Positions 7,431-18,437 of a stretch of DNA of 32,319 bases are shown here, piece after piece. Numbering within the stretch: the first letter of the stretch is position 1; each line of letters opens with the position of its first letter. Below the pieces are notes generated by a model. The model saw only the letters and a program-made list of their open reading frames with translations, was not told where the DNA came from and ran no database searches. The DNA comes from a virus (taxonomy: Duplodnaviria > Caudoviricetes), in IMG/VR virus record IMGVR_UViG_3300032312_001897, positions 1 through 32,319 of that record, one strand, 5' to 3'. A program made the position numbers and the translations under genes.

Positions 7431-10400
7431 ATGCCAAGTTATTTAGATTTTAATTCAACTAAAAGTTTTAGAGACTCTATATTAAGTAGGACTCTACAAG
7501 CACCGAATGGACCTCAAACATTCAATTCATCTAACTATCTTGTACAAACATTAAGTGATTTTGCGAATGTTGATCCAGGAGAGGTTGATACCAACAGAAG
7601 AAACGATTTATCGGTACCACAATCAACAAACACATATAAACCAATAACATATTTTGTAAAAGAAAATATAGAGACATTACCAAGAAGAGCAAATCTAAAT
7701 TTGTATTTTAATGGTTCACCTTACTTCAGAGCAGAAAACCATAATTTAATAGGTATTTTATCAAATAGTAATTACGATAACGAATCTGAATTATTCAAAT
7801 TTGCTGCGTCATATATAAGAGATAGGAATGAAAAAGGTCCTTTCTATGCAAGATTACAACAAAATTTATATACGGCAACTGTAGGTAGAGTAAGAATACT
7901 CGACGCATTAAACGGTAACCTATCAACCGCAATTAATATAGTTAGAGGAAAGGAAGCGTTAATTGCAAAGAATTATAAAATTACAACATCCAAAACAATA
8001 CCAGGTCAAGCGATTGATTTTTTACAAACAATAAATGGATTAACATTTCCATTTCCTGAAATTCCTGGTGATTATTTAAGTAATCCCGCAAATCCTGTTA
8101 ACTATAGAGAAAAAATAGACCCTGATACTGGACAACCTGAAGTAAAAACCCAAATGGGTAAAGTTTTTCAAGATTTAACAGGTGCTTTAGGTTCATTGAT
8201 TGGAATACAAAGGAGACCAAAATTATCAAGAAAACCATCAGATTTATTGATAGAATACATGGGTGATGGTCAAAAACAAATATTATTTGATTTATTATCT
8301 TATTCTACATACGCACCGAATTATACAACAACTGCGAGATCACAACAATCTTCAAAAATATTTTCATTTGTAGATAAATTAGCACAAGGAGTTAAAAATA
8401 TTCTTGGAACTGAAGCACCCGCAGGACGTGCATATATTGGTGACGATAGAGGAAATGATGTTAAGTTTGCAACTAATGATTTTTATGATAGACCAGTTAG
8501 AAGTAGTTACTACTTGAGTTTAATGTTTGACGAAAAATCAGCAATTTTATTTAAAAGAGATAAAAATTATACCGAAGGAGGATCAATAAGTGGAAATTTA
8601 ACTTGGTATAGTGCAAGAAACAACATTAACATAAATGAAGAATACATTAATGATTCTTTATCAAGTACTAAAACATTTAGGTCGGACTCTATACTTGGAT
8701 TAACACAAAAGATATTAGATTCAAGACCTAAAGATGGTGGTGCAGCAAAATCACATGTTGCAAATGTTATAGACCAAACAACAAGAATATTTCAAGATGG
8801 TGATGTGTATCATGCAAGAGGTTCTGCGGTACAATCACCAAGTATTTTCAAGACAAAAGATTTAAGTGGGCATGAATTTTGTAGAACATGGACAAAAAAT
8901 CGTCCTTACTTAAAATATAACGATACCATGAAAAAGGGTAGTAATATTAGAAAATACCCTGGTAGTGTAATATCAGACCCTTGGAATTTAAACATTGCGC
9001 CAATATCAGATGGTAAAAAAGATTTTAGAACTTCAACCAATATTGGTGAAAATTATAAATACGGACCAGACAGAGACGGAAAAACATTTTACGCTAAAAA
9101 ATATATGTTTTCAATAGAAAACTTAGCATGGAAAACTTCAAATAGAGAAGGTTTTATGTTGGCTGATTTACCTGTAGCGGAGAGAGGTCCGAATGGTGGT
9201 AGAGTGATGTGGTTTCCACCATACGATTTAAAAGTAACTGAAAATAATTCTGCTAGATGGGAATCAAATTCTTTTTTAGGTCGACCAGAACCAATATATA
9301 CTTATCAAAATACAGAAAGAAGTGGTACTATAAATTTTAAAATTGTTGTTGACCATCCAAGTATATTAAATTTATTAACAAGAGAATATTTTGATACTTT
9401 TAGTACACCTGAAGAAATTGAAAATTTTTTAAATGCTTTTTTTGCGGGATGTCAAGATATTGACTTCTACGATTTGATGAGAAGGCATACAACATTAACA
9501 CAAGATGATGCAAAACTAATTGATGCGTATCTAAATAAAGGTGGTGAATATGATATAATTAAAAATTATAAAACAACTTCACAAAATATAGTTACCGATA
9601 ATCTTAGTACAGGTACATCAAACACAGGTACTTCAGGTACCGAAAGTTTAGCGGTTACTGAATTAAATTTTGATAACGCTGAACCAACCTCAAATCCAAG
9701 CACAACAGCAAGTTCAGGTTATACTTCATTCTACACCACATATTATGGTAAAAAAAGTACCTACACATCTCAACTTTTTTCTAATCTAACTACACTACTT
9801 ACTTCTTTTACTACAAATGCTTTGAGAGATAAAAAAAATATATGGGGAACAGAATCACCATTAGGTGCATCATTATCAACAGATCAGGTATTAAAATTGA
9901 ATGGTTATTTTGATGGTATGCAATCAAATTATAATCAATATAATACAAAACTTTCTACACTTAAAACAGACATAACAAATAAAACAGTACAAAGTATAAA
10001 AGTAAATATATCATCAAGTACATCATCTATAGATACGGTTGATTACAATTCTAGACTTTCTCTTAGAAGGTCGTATAGTGTTGTTTTAGACATTTTTCAA
10101 AAAATATCGGCAAATGGAACTACATACCCAACAATTAAATGGGTAGACAGTCCGACAGGAACTTCAACAATCACTAATACCACATATAATTTATCTGAAT
10201 TTGGATATGATGGAGTACAAGGAACAATACAAATCGACACAACAAATATTGGAGAAACGTATTCTGGAAACGCGTCTAACACTTTAGATACAGATTGTAG
10301 AAATAGAGATTTCAGACAAGTAACTAATTTAAATATTGTTTCACCTATTTCATTTTTTTGTAGAAAATCTGAAGTATCATTCACATATCAAAAAACGGCA

Positions 10401-11147
10401 CCGACAACACCAACAACAACAAATCCTGCTCAGGCATCAAGATTAAAAATAGTTGAAGATGGTCAAACTAATACACAATCGGGAGTTAGAAAACCACCAA
10501 TTGATGTAATGAAAAGAATAGTAATGAAAACACTATCTGAATCATACTATTTTAAAAAATTAAATGAAACAGATCCATTTGTTTTCAAAAGTTTAGCAGA
10601 AAAATTAAAATATTTTCATCCAGGTTTCCATTCAACAACACCAGAAGGATTAAATTCAAGATTAACTTTCTTACAACAATGTATAAGACCGGGAGACACT
10701 ATACCAATAAAAGGATTATCCGATGATTCAGATTTACCTGCAAGAAATACGACATTCGGACCACCACCAATATGTATCTTAAGAATAGGTGATTTTTATC
10801 ATTCTAAAGTTGTTATAAGAGATGTTAACATATCATATGATGATGGTACATGGGATTTAAATCCTGAAGGTATTGGATTACAACCTATGATAGCAAATGT
10901 ACAATTACAAGTTAATTTTATTGGTGGTCAAGGTTTAGAGAAACCAATAGAAAGATTACAAAATGCATTATCTTCTAATTTCTATGCTAATACTGAAATT
11001 TACGATGAAAGGTCTCAAATTTCATTAACGGGTGAAGATTTAGAAAACTATAATAAATTTAGTAAAGAACAACTACAAAGTTTACAAAGTCCTGTTCAAT
11101 CTGCATCTAAAACACTTAATGATGCATTAATGGGACCAATCGAATAA
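7431..11147 (+). CDS. Large baseplate/tail-tube-initiator-like protein with an OmpA-C-like insertion, 1238 aa
   Basis: WFPPYDL..ENNSARW...FLGRPEPIYTYQNTERS and PPICILRIGD....VI..VNISY resemble gp48/gp54/GpU-type tube initiators; internal LNFDN...YNSRLSLRRSYSV...GE...R.SEV resembles an OmpA C-terminal domain. Confidence 0.6.
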   Translation: MPSYLDFNSTKSFRDSILSRTLQAPNGPQTFNSSNYLVQTLSDFANVDPGEVDTNRRNDLSVPQSTNTYKPITYFVKENIETLPRRANLNLYFNGSPYFRAENHNLIGILSNSNYDNESELFKFAASYIRDRNEKGPFYARLQQNLYTATVGRVRILDALNGNLSTAINIVRGKEALIAKNYKITTSKTIPGQAIDFLQTINGLTFPFPEIPGDYLSNPANPVNYREKIDPDTGQPEVKTQMGKVFQDLTGALGSLIGIQRRPKLSRKPSDLLIEYMGDGQKQILFDLLSYSTYAPNYTTTARSQQSSKIFSFVDKLAQGVKNILGTEAPAGRAYIGDDRGNDVKFATNDFYDRPVRSSYYLSLMFDEKSAILFKRDKNYTEGGSISGNLTWYSARNNININEEYINDSLSSTKTFRSDSILGLTQKILDSRPKDGGAAKSHVANVIDQTTRIFQDGDVYHARGSAVQSPSIFKTKDLSGHEFCRTWTKNRPYLKYNDTMKKGSNIRKYPGSVISDPWNLNIAPISDGKKDFRTSTNIGENYKYGPDRDGKTFYAKKYMFSIENLAWKTSNREGFMLADLPVAERGPNGGRVMWFPPYDLKVTENNSARWESNSFLGRPEPIYTYQNTERSGTINFKIVVDHPSILNLLTREYFDTFSTPEEIENFLNAFFAGCQDIDFYDLMRRHTTLTQDDAKLIDAYLNKGGEYDIIKNYKTTSQNIVTDNLSTGTSNTGTSGTESLAVTELNFDNAEPTSNPSTTASSGYTSFYTTYYGKKSTYTSQLFSNLTTLLTSFTTNALRDKKNIWGTESPLGASLSTDQVLKLNGYFDGMQSNYNQYNTKLSTLKTDITNKTVQSIKVNISSSTSSIDTVDYNSRLSLRRSYSVVLDIFQKISANGTTYPTIKWVDSPTGTSTITNTTYNLSEFGYDGVQGTIQIDTTNIGETYSGNASNTLDTDCRNRDFRQVTNLNIVSPISFFCRKSEVSFTYQKTAPTTPTTTNPAQASRLKIVEDGQTNTQSGVRKPPIDVMKRIVMKTLSESYYFKKLNETDPFVFKSLAEKLKYFHPGFHSTTPEGLNSRLTFLQQCIRPGDTIPIKGLSDDSDLPARNTTFGPPPICILRIGDFYHSKVVIRDVNISYDDGTWDLNPEGIGLQPMIANVQLQVNFIGGQGLEKPIERLQNALSSNFYANTEIYDERSQISLTGEDLENYNKFSKEQLQSLQSPVQSASKTLNDALMGPIE

Positions 11148-11157
11148 ATTAAATGAA

Positions 11158-11484
11158 ATGAGTAGAGAATATTTTGATAGATATCAATTTTTTGAAAAAG
11201 ATGGTAGTTTTAGAATTGTACCAGGTATTGAAATACCAATTAAGGGAAGTGATAAGTATATTACTTATAAAAGAGGAAGAACGAGATTGGATAAAGTATC
11301 ACAAGATTATTATAGTACTCCTGTTTTCGGTTGGTTAATATTACAAGCAAACCCATTATTAGGTAGTGTTGAATTTGAAATACCTGATAATTCTACTTTA
11401 AGAATACCTTTTCCTTTGATTAGTACTTTACAAGATTATAAAAGAAATGTAGAATTGTATAGTTTATATTATGGGGAACAATGA
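11158..11484 (+). CDS. LysM-like baseplate wedge protein (T4 gp53 / P2 gpX-like)
   Basis: RLDKVSQDYYSTPVFGWLILQANP....EIPDNSTLRIP, the LysM/gpX pattern; synteny. Confidence 0.8.
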   Translation: MSREYFDRYQFFEKDGSFRIVPGIEIPIKGSDKYITYKRGRTRLDKVSQDYYSTPVFGWLILQANPLLGSVEFEIPDNSTLRIPFPLISTLQDYKRNVELYSLYYGEQ

Positions 11485-14400
11485 TTCAGCAAATAACAGA
11501 AACATTTTAGTTAAAGTAGATCAAAATAATCTAATGTACATTGACCCAAATAGTGTGGTCGATAAGGAAGGTAATGTACTTCCAAGAAATGTAGAACATG
11601 AAAATTTGGTTATGTATGTAAATCTTGAAGCTGATTTGATACCGAGATCAATTTTAGTGGCTGAGAATGATAAAAATACATTAACGTCAATTGCAAAAGG
11701 AACTTTAAATTTTTTAAAAAATCAAGATGGTTCTGACTATGATAGTACATGGACAGATGCGTATTTGAATACCGAAAAAACAAGGAATAACGAAGATATA
11801 TTCTATCAAAGTGATAAAACATCACAATCATTTGGAATTGATAGTATTCAAGTATCAATTAAAGGAATTAATTCCATACCTCAAGTTAATATAAATTTTA
11901 TCGATGTAAGAGGTAAGACTTTATTTGAATCTCCAGAAAATTCACCCTATAAAGCATTTTTTCATGTTCCATGGCCAATATTTTATTTAACTTTAAAAGG
12001 GTATTATGGTAAAGCAATTAGATATCGTTTACATTTAGTTAAGTTTAGTTCAAGATACAATGATTCCAATGGAAACTTTGAAGTAACAACATCATTTGTT
12101 GGGTCAACATATGCATACCTAACAGATATTTCTTTGAAGGCAATTTTGAATTGTCCGTATATGTATCCAATAATATCTTCTACTAACAATAAAGAAGATA
12201 CCAAGAACAATCAAGTATCGAGAAAAGTTGCTAATTCGTCCAGAGGTTATGAAATATTAAAATCAGTATATTCTGAATACAAAAGAAAAGGATTAATACC
12301 CAAAGATTTTCCAAATAAAACATTAAGAGAACTAATTGTACTTGCACAGAATTTAGATAAAACTTTGGAAGATCAAATTTTAGGACAAGTATTAGACGCT
12401 AACATATTTGTTGGTCTTAGAGATTATGATGAAAAAATAACTAGATTTGAAAGACAAGTAACTGCTTGGGCAGGAAGAAATTTATTGAGAACATTTGATT
12501 CTGGTGATGATAAATCGACAGTTATTGTAGATGATATTAGATATTATAACATATCTGCAACAGATAAAACTAAGGACGATAAAATAATTACAGGTAAGAC
12601 AATACAAGGTACATTAGAATTTATTATAGAAACAAATCGAACAGAATTAAAATCAAGTTCTCTATTTAATAATGCAATTATAGACGCATCTAAAAGTAAA
12701 TCAACAAAAATTTCAGAACAAGATTTTAGTAGTTTTAAAACTAAAGAAACAGCTAAAGTTGAAAATTATTTTAGGATAAGACCTGATAATGGATTTTATC
12801 AAGTTGCAATTGACAAACTTGTCAATGATATTTTAGATATAAAAAAATTATTCGTTGAACAAAGAAAAAAATTAGAAAATGTCATTGAGAATAAAATGAA
12901 TGAAATTATCAGAGACAAAAACAAAGGAGGTTTTGGATTTGATCCCACTATTAGAAATATTTTTGCAATTATTTTAGCCAATGCTGAAGTATATATTAGA
13001 TTGATGAAGGAAGTGCATCAAAAATCTTTTGATAGTGCTCAAGAAAGAAAAAAACTAATTAAAAATTTTAGTAACGAAACACAGGAAGGGGAACCAATAT
13101 ATCCATGGCCTGAGGTTAAAAAAAATTCGGATGGTGAAAAAATAAAAGTAATCGCATATCCAGGAGAATCTGATTTGGTAAAAAAATTAAAATCGGATAA
13201 CCCATTAATTTGGCCCGAAGTAGAATTTGTTGAAAACTTTATAGAAGTGTCAACAAACAAAGTAGATACTAACTCAGAAAAAGAAAATGGTGCAAATAAT
13301 ATAACTTTCAATTTTGACGACGACACCAGTATCAGTAATTTTATTAAAATTAATACGATATTTGATTTAACACTCGCAACACCATATATAGACCAATCAC
13401 CATCTTCATTTCTTTATGAAATATGGGAAAGAGCAATTCAGACAACTTTGATAGATTCATTCAGATTGGATACAATACAAGAATTGGCGGAAAATGAATT
13501 TGAAAATATTAAAAACTCGATAAAAAATAATGATGAAATTATAACATTATTAAAAGAAAAAATAGATTCACATCTTTCATTACAAAAATCCATGGAAGAA
13601 CATTCAAAATTTGAGCGTTATCCATATTATAAAGATTATTTACCAACTATAGATTACATTAAAGATATTTTAAACTTTCCGTTTGAAATATCAGAATATA
13701 AAAAAAGTGTATTCTCAAGTAAAATCGGTAAAAATGAGAAATTAAATAAGAATCTTAAAGAATATACCCCACAATCATATAGAAAAAATATATACCCATT
13801 TAATTCTGATGAATATTTGTTTTATATAAACAAAAATAGTTTTACTGACGAAGAATTTAAATTCAATGGAAATCTGATTGCTGGCAGTACAGATGGTTTT
13901 ATAACATCACCAATAAATGCTAAAAGTTGGGTTAAATTAGGTGGAGGGTACACACAACATATTTTTCAACAGAAATTAAAAATTAATAATACATCTGTTA
14001 ATATTTTAAATACACCATACTTTCACAAACAATTGTATAACGATTTTAATAAAGTTGCGAGTTATGGGAAGTATGCGGGTTCATCATATCTTTTATTAAA
14101 TTCATTACCTTTTTGCGACTTAGAAGACATGATAGATTTCAATGAAGATAACACATCAATTAGAATGTCATCTTTATTTAGAGAAGTATCATCAACACAT
14201 TTCTTACCATATCACTTAATTGTTAAATGGGGTTCTATTTATCACAGATATAAAAAATTTATATTAGAAGGAGTCGATATAATAAGTGATGTTACGACAC
14301 CAATAAATGAATCTTTGTTTTTTGACAATAATAATCAAGATATTTTTAATATTAATGGTGATTTTGTTTCATATAATATTAATATTGATTTAGGTATACA

Positions 14401-17200
14401 CCCCTTTTATGATGCGATATATCATCAAGTGATTAATGATTATAATCATTATATAGTAGAATCGGGTAATACATCCTATGAAGCGAATATTGCAATAAAT
14501 GCGATTCTTGGAATTATGGGTGTATCATCAAATGGATTTAGATATTGGACAAATTTAGTTGATAACTCAAAATATTTTAATAATGATTTAAGATTCACTA
14601 TTTTACCTTCAAGGTCAAATAATAAACATATTTATACAACAAATACAACTTCTGAATCATTAAGTAATAATACTTATCAAACAGAATATCAAAATTATTT
14701 TAGAATTATATTTGAAGATGATTATTTAAATGATACTTTTAGTGGAACAACATTCCCATCACCAAACCAATACCATAAAACCTTAATTGATAATGAATAT
14801 TCTTTATCAATTGATTATAAAAAAGTTATTGATTTAATTGCAACTTTTAGTCCTAAAATATTAGAAGATTTTGAAGATATATTTTTAGAATTTGCATCTG
14901 AAAAGATTAAAGACGAGTCTTCTTATTTTCGATTTGGAAATACAAGTTATACAAAATTTCAAGATTTATTAAAAGACATATCTTCTGTAGAAAAGAAAGA
15001 TGGTGATTCTATTGAAAACACAACAGATTTTCTACAAAAAATAAAAACAAGACAAAATACAAAATTACAAGGAATTACTTCCGCCATTTTATCAGATAGA
15101 AATCTTGTTAAATTCACAATAGGAAACCCAAAAGAAATTGATTCTCATGTGTTTCATGGATTTGCGGAAGTTGATAATCTTAATACTTTCAAATATGAAT
15201 CATTTAGAACAGATGATTTAACAAACGAAAACAAAAATTTAATTAAATTATATATCGGTGAAGATATTGACCTACACTACCAAAATTTCTTTTTAGTTAA
15301 CGATGTAAGAGTTAATGAAGAAAATATTTTATTATTTAGACCATTAGCACTTATTTATGGTGGATTTATAAAAAGCGGAGGAGTCAACACAAAAACGGCA
15401 TTTCAACAGTATATAAAAAATAATATATTTATAAACTTTTTTGATAAGAGTGGAATCACAAGTGCAATGACGAGGGCGGGAATTTTCATAACAACATTAA
15501 CGAAAAAATTTAAATCATTAGAAGGGTTAATGAATAGAGAAACTAACAGAATTGTTAGTGGTTATAACAACGACCCTTTGAAGATAGAATTGTACAATTA
15601 TTTTAAATCATTCAACGATAAATGGATTGGAGGTAATTCAATAGGACAAAGACTCTTATTAGAAGAATTTTTATTTTTAGATAAGGCAAATGTCGATATA
15701 GGTGATAAATTTTATTTAAATATAAGTAAAATTTTAAATTTAGGTTCAACAAAAAATGATAAGATTGATTTATATAGTGTTTTAAATATAATGATTGAAG
15801 ATTCTGGTTTAGATATGAAACCATTACCCACATACATTAATTTCTATGGTACAAATGTTAATAACAAATCAAAAATAACACCTTCAAAAAAAGTTGCAGA
15901 AAATATATTTGGTACATTTTTAGAAGTTGATTATCAAGAATCCTCACCAAAAATTATAGTACAATTGGTTGGACCAACATCTAAACATCCCGACATGGAT
16001 GGTAAAAAATATAAATTTTCAGACGATAGCTTTAACATATCGAATACAAACAACAATCCGATGATTATCACCACACCTAATGTTTTTAGAGTTGGGGACT
16101 TAGCAAAATCAAATAAAGTTGTTGCATTTGAAGTAAGTTTTGGAGATCAAAATCAAAGTATTTTTAAAGGAGTACAATTAGATCAAACATCATTAAAAAA
16201 TACCACAGAATCTTTTGTGGTTTTGGAAAACTTAGCAAGGTCAGAGTCAGGTGCGGGTGCGTACAATGTGGATATTGGGTTATTTGATTATTATAGACAG
16301 GCATCGTATACATGTGATGTTACCAGTATGGGTAATGCAATGATACAACCAACCATGTTTTTCTATTTGAAGAATATACCAATTTTTAAAGGTTCATATT
16401 GGATTACCGAAGTAACACACAATATCAAAACAAATGGTTTTACAACAACATTTAAAGGAACAAGAATACCATATGCATCTTTGCCAGACCCTAAAGACTC
16501 ATTCACTTCAAGTTATAGAGTGTTGTTTGATAAATTAGTAAATAAAGTTTTGACAAAGTATGATAAACAACAATCAGAATTGACAAAAACTTCAGTTATA
16601 ATTACTTATAATGGTGCTACTTATGTAACGGAACCAGGAGAATTAATACAAGGGGAAGATATTCAAAAAAATATAGTTAGAAAAGTTAATATAACAAATT
16701 ACGGTATACCATATAATGGATTTTTAGATGAAAAAAATATTCAATTAGTTAAGTATACTCATCAAAATGAAGAAGGGGAATGGTTAAGAGCGAGAGTAGT
16801 TGAAATGGGAGGTAAAAATTATTTCATTGGGGATGAGGTAAAAATGGGTGTAGTGACTAGAATACAAAACACCACACCACTACTTTGGTCAGAAGCCAAA
16901 TTAACCACAGGAACAACTGATTTTTATTCAACTAAATTTAATTTAACATCAACTGAGTTTACCGCAGATAAAATAGTTGGTTCATCTGTACGAACAATTT
17001 TTGTTAATCCTAAAGAAAAAACAACACAAACATTACCATACAGTATGACGGGTACGGGTAATACGAGAGTAGTACAAGGACCAATAAGTAATGGACCATC
17101 AATAGATGGGTATGGTGTCGGTATGTCAAGTTCATTAATGAAAAAATTAAAACTTAATGATGGTGATGTGGTATATTTCCGTATGACCCCTGTAACTTAA
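11471..17200 (+). CDS. Giant baseplate hub-like protein (gp27/GpD/VgrG-N fold, split by a very large insertion), 1909 aa
   Basis: YTCDVTSMGNAMIQP.....L.....FKGSYWITEVTHNI...GFTTTFKGTR is the typical hub C-terminal motif; follows the LysM gene with a 14-nt overlap. Confidence 0.6.
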   Translation: MGNNDSANNRNILVKVDQNNLMYIDPNSVVDKEGNVLPRNVEHENLVMYVNLEADLIPRSILVAENDKNTLTSIAKGTLNFLKNQDGSDYDSTWTDAYLNTEKTRNNEDIFYQSDKTSQSFGIDSIQVSIKGINSIPQVNINFIDVRGKTLFESPENSPYKAFFHVPWPIFYLTLKGYYGKAIRYRLHLVKFSSRYNDSNGNFEVTTSFVGSTYAYLTDISLKAILNCPYMYPIISSTNNKEDTKNNQVSRKVANSSRGYEILKSVYSEYKRKGLIPKDFPNKTLRELIVLAQNLDKTLEDQILGQVLDANIFVGLRDYDEKITRFERQVTAWAGRNLLRTFDSGDDKSTVIVDDIRYYNISATDKTKDDKIITGKTIQGTLEFIIETNRTELKSSSLFNNAIIDASKSKSTKISEQDFSSFKTKETAKVENYFRIRPDNGFYQVAIDKLVNDILDIKKLFVEQRKKLENVIENKMNEIIRDKNKGGFGFDPTIRNIFAIILANAEVYIRLMKEVHQKSFDSAQERKKLIKNFSNETQEGEPIYPWPEVKKNSDGEKIKVIAYPGESDLVKKLKSDNPLIWPEVEFVENFIEVSTNKVDTNSEKENGANNITFNFDDDTSISNFIKINTIFDLTLATPYIDQSPSSFLYEIWERAIQTTLIDSFRLDTIQELAENEFENIKNSIKNNDEIITLLKEKIDSHLSLQKSMEEHSKFERYPYYKDYLPTIDYIKDILNFPFEISEYKKSVFSSKIGKNEKLNKNLKEYTPQSYRKNIYPFNSDEYLFYINKNSFTDEEFKFNGNLIAGSTDGFITSPINAKSWVKLGGGYTQHIFQQKLKINNTSVNILNTPYFHKQLYNDFNKVASYGKYAGSSYLLLNSLPFCDLEDMIDFNEDNTSIRMSSLFREVSSTHFLPYHLIVKWGSIYHRYKKFILEGVDIISDVTTPINESLFFDNNNQDIFNINGDFVSYNINIDLGIHPFYDAIYHQVINDYNHYIVESGNTSYEANIAINAILGIMGVSSNGFRYWTNLVDNSKYFNNDLRFTILPSRSNNKHIYTTNTTSESLSNNTYQTEYQNYFRIIFEDDYLNDTFSGTTFPSPNQYHKTLIDNEYSLSIDYKKVIDLIATFSPKILEDFEDIFLEFASEKIKDESSYFRFGNTSYTKFQDLLKDISSVEKKDGDSIENTTDFLQKIKTRQNTKLQGITSAILSDRNLVKFTIGNPKEIDSHVFHGFAEVDNLNTFKYESFRTDDLTNENKNLIKLYIGEDIDLHYQNFFLVNDVRVNEENILLFRPLALIYGGFIKSGGVNTKTAFQQYIKNNIFINFFDKSGITSAMTRAGIFITTLTKKFKSLEGLMNRETNRIVSGYNNDPLKIELYNYFKSFNDKWIGGNSIGQRLLLEEFLFLDKANVDIGDKFYLNISKILNLGSTKNDKIDLYSVLNIMIEDSGLDMKPLPTYINFYGTNVNNKSKITPSKKVAENIFGTFLEVDYQESSPKIIVQLVGPTSKHPDMDGKKYKFSDDSFNISNTNNNPMIITTPNVFRVGDLAKSNKVVAFEVSFGDQNQSIFKGVQLDQTSLKNTTESFVVLENLARSESGAGAYNVDIGLFDYYRQASYTCDVTSMGNAMIQPTMFFYLKNIPIFKGSYWITEVTHNIKTNGFTTTFKGTRIPYASLPDPKDSFTSSYRVLFDKLVNKVLTKYDKQQSELTKTSVIITYNGATYVTEPGELIQGEDIQKNIVRKVNITNYGIPYNGFLDEKNIQLVKYTHQNEEGEWLRARVVEMGGKNYFIGDEVKMGVVTRIQNTTPLLWSEAKLTTGTTDFYSTKFNLTSTEFTADKIVGSSVRTIFVNPKEKTTQTLPYSMTGTGNTRVVQGPISNGPSIDGYGVGMSSSLMKKLKLNDGDVVYFRMTPVT

Positions 17201-17229
17201 TAATATTTAAGATATTTATATAAAAAGAT

Positions 17230-17433
17230 ATGGAAAATCAAAAATTGAACAATTCGATAGACCAATTTTTAAATCCAAAAAAAGTTAGAACTATTTCTAA
17301 TGATAGTATGGAAAGAGAAGAATGTGATTTAAAAACTGGTGAATGTTATATTATAAGATCTAAAGACGGAATAGTTGAAAGAATAAATAAAAAATACGTC
17401 ACAGAAGACGGTAGACAATTATTACAAGATTAA
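17230..17433 (+). CDS. Hypothetical protein, 67 aa
   Basis: ATG start after TATTTATA (17213-17220), tight packing, ECDLKTGEC motif. Confidence 0.75.
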   Translation: MENQKLNNSIDQFLNPKKVRTISNDSMEREECDLKTGECYIIRSKDGIVERINKKYVTEDGRQLLQD

Positions 17434-17437
17434 AGCT

Positions 17438-18070
17438 ATGTTGGAAAAAAAATTACATGAAGAATTGATTCGTTATAGAGAAATCAATAATTACACAAAA
17501 AAAATGATGATGGAACAAGAAGTTCCACCCGCAACACCTACTGATGTACCTCCACCCGCTGACGTTCCACCTATGGACCCTATGGCGGCACCCGCTGGTA
17601 CTCCACCTATGGACGCTGCGGCAGCACCAGCCCCTGAGATGGATAATACAGAAGAAATTGATATTACAGATTTAGTTAATATGACTAAAAATATCAAAAA
17701 AGAAATGGACGATAATAAAGAAGACCAAGGTACGGTTTTAGGTCAGATGGATGCGGTATTTACAAAACTTGATGATTTAGAAAATAAATTGAGTCAAATG
17801 GATTCAGTTATATCAAAAATTGACCAATTAAGTTCTAAAATTGAACAGATGAAACCAAAATCACCTGAAGAAAAATTAGAGATGAGGTCATTGGATTCAT
17901 ATCCATTTAATCAAAATCCACAACAATTTTTTGCAAATAAACAAGGTGAGATGAGAAGTAGTGGAAAAAATGAATATGTTTTAACTAAGGATGAGATAGA
18001 AAACTATTCGAATGACACCATAAGAGACACATTTAATCCACAGGAGGAAGAAGATGAATATAAGTTTTAA
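17438..18070 (+). CDS. Hypothetical acidic protein with Pro/Ala-rich linker and coiled coil, 210 aa
   Basis: PPATPTDVPPPADVPPMDP linker; heptads in KLDDLENKLSQMDSVISKIDQLSSKIEQM. Confidence 0.8.
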   Translation: MLEKKLHEELIRYREINNYTKKMMMEQEVPPATPTDVPPPADVPPMDPMAAPAGTPPMDAAAAPAPEMDNTEEIDITDLVNMTKNIKKEMDDNKEDQGTVLGQMDAVFTKLDDLENKLSQMDSVISKIDQLSSKIEQMKPKSPEEKLEMRSLDSYPFNQNPQQFFANKQGEMRSSGKNEYVLTKDEIENYSNDTIRDTFNPQEEEDEYKF

Positions 18071-18425
18071 CGTAAACTTCTTTTTAGGTTTACAAGCACA
18101 AATGAGAATTAATCATTGGCAAACAAAAGGTTATGCAAGACATGAAGCTTTTGGTGGATTTTATTCTACCGTTGACCCATTAATTGACCAATTCTTAGAA
18201 CAAGCGATGGGTAAATATGGTAGATTCACTCTTGATGAAGAAACAAAAACTATAGAATTAAGTAATTTCTCTGAAATAGATTTAAAAGGTTTATTGAATA
18301 CTTTAAGAAATGCTCTAAATCAGTTTAGTGAACAATTTGAACCACAAGATACGGATTTACTTAATTTAAGAGACGAAATATTAGGTGAAGTAAATAAATT
18401 AGGTTATTTATTAACATTAGAATAA
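18054..18425 (+). CDS. Ferritin-like/Dps-like four-helix protein (DUF5856-like)
   Basis: HWQTKGYARHEAFGGFY....PLIDQFLE matches Dps HW...G...H..F...Y......D..AE. Confidence 0.75.
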   Translation: MNISFNVNFFLGLQAQMRINHWQTKGYARHEAFGGFYSTVDPLIDQFLEQAMGKYGRFTLDEETKTIELSNFSEIDLKGLLNTLRNALNQFSEQFEPQDTDLLNLRDEILGEVNKLGYLLTLE

Positions 18426-18437
18426 AATATATAAATT

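Noticed and set aside
17515-17645. GC-rich repetitive patch as a CRISPR array or foreign insert
   Set aside because: Explained by in-frame Pro/Ala codons of the linker; no repeat-spacer periodicity.
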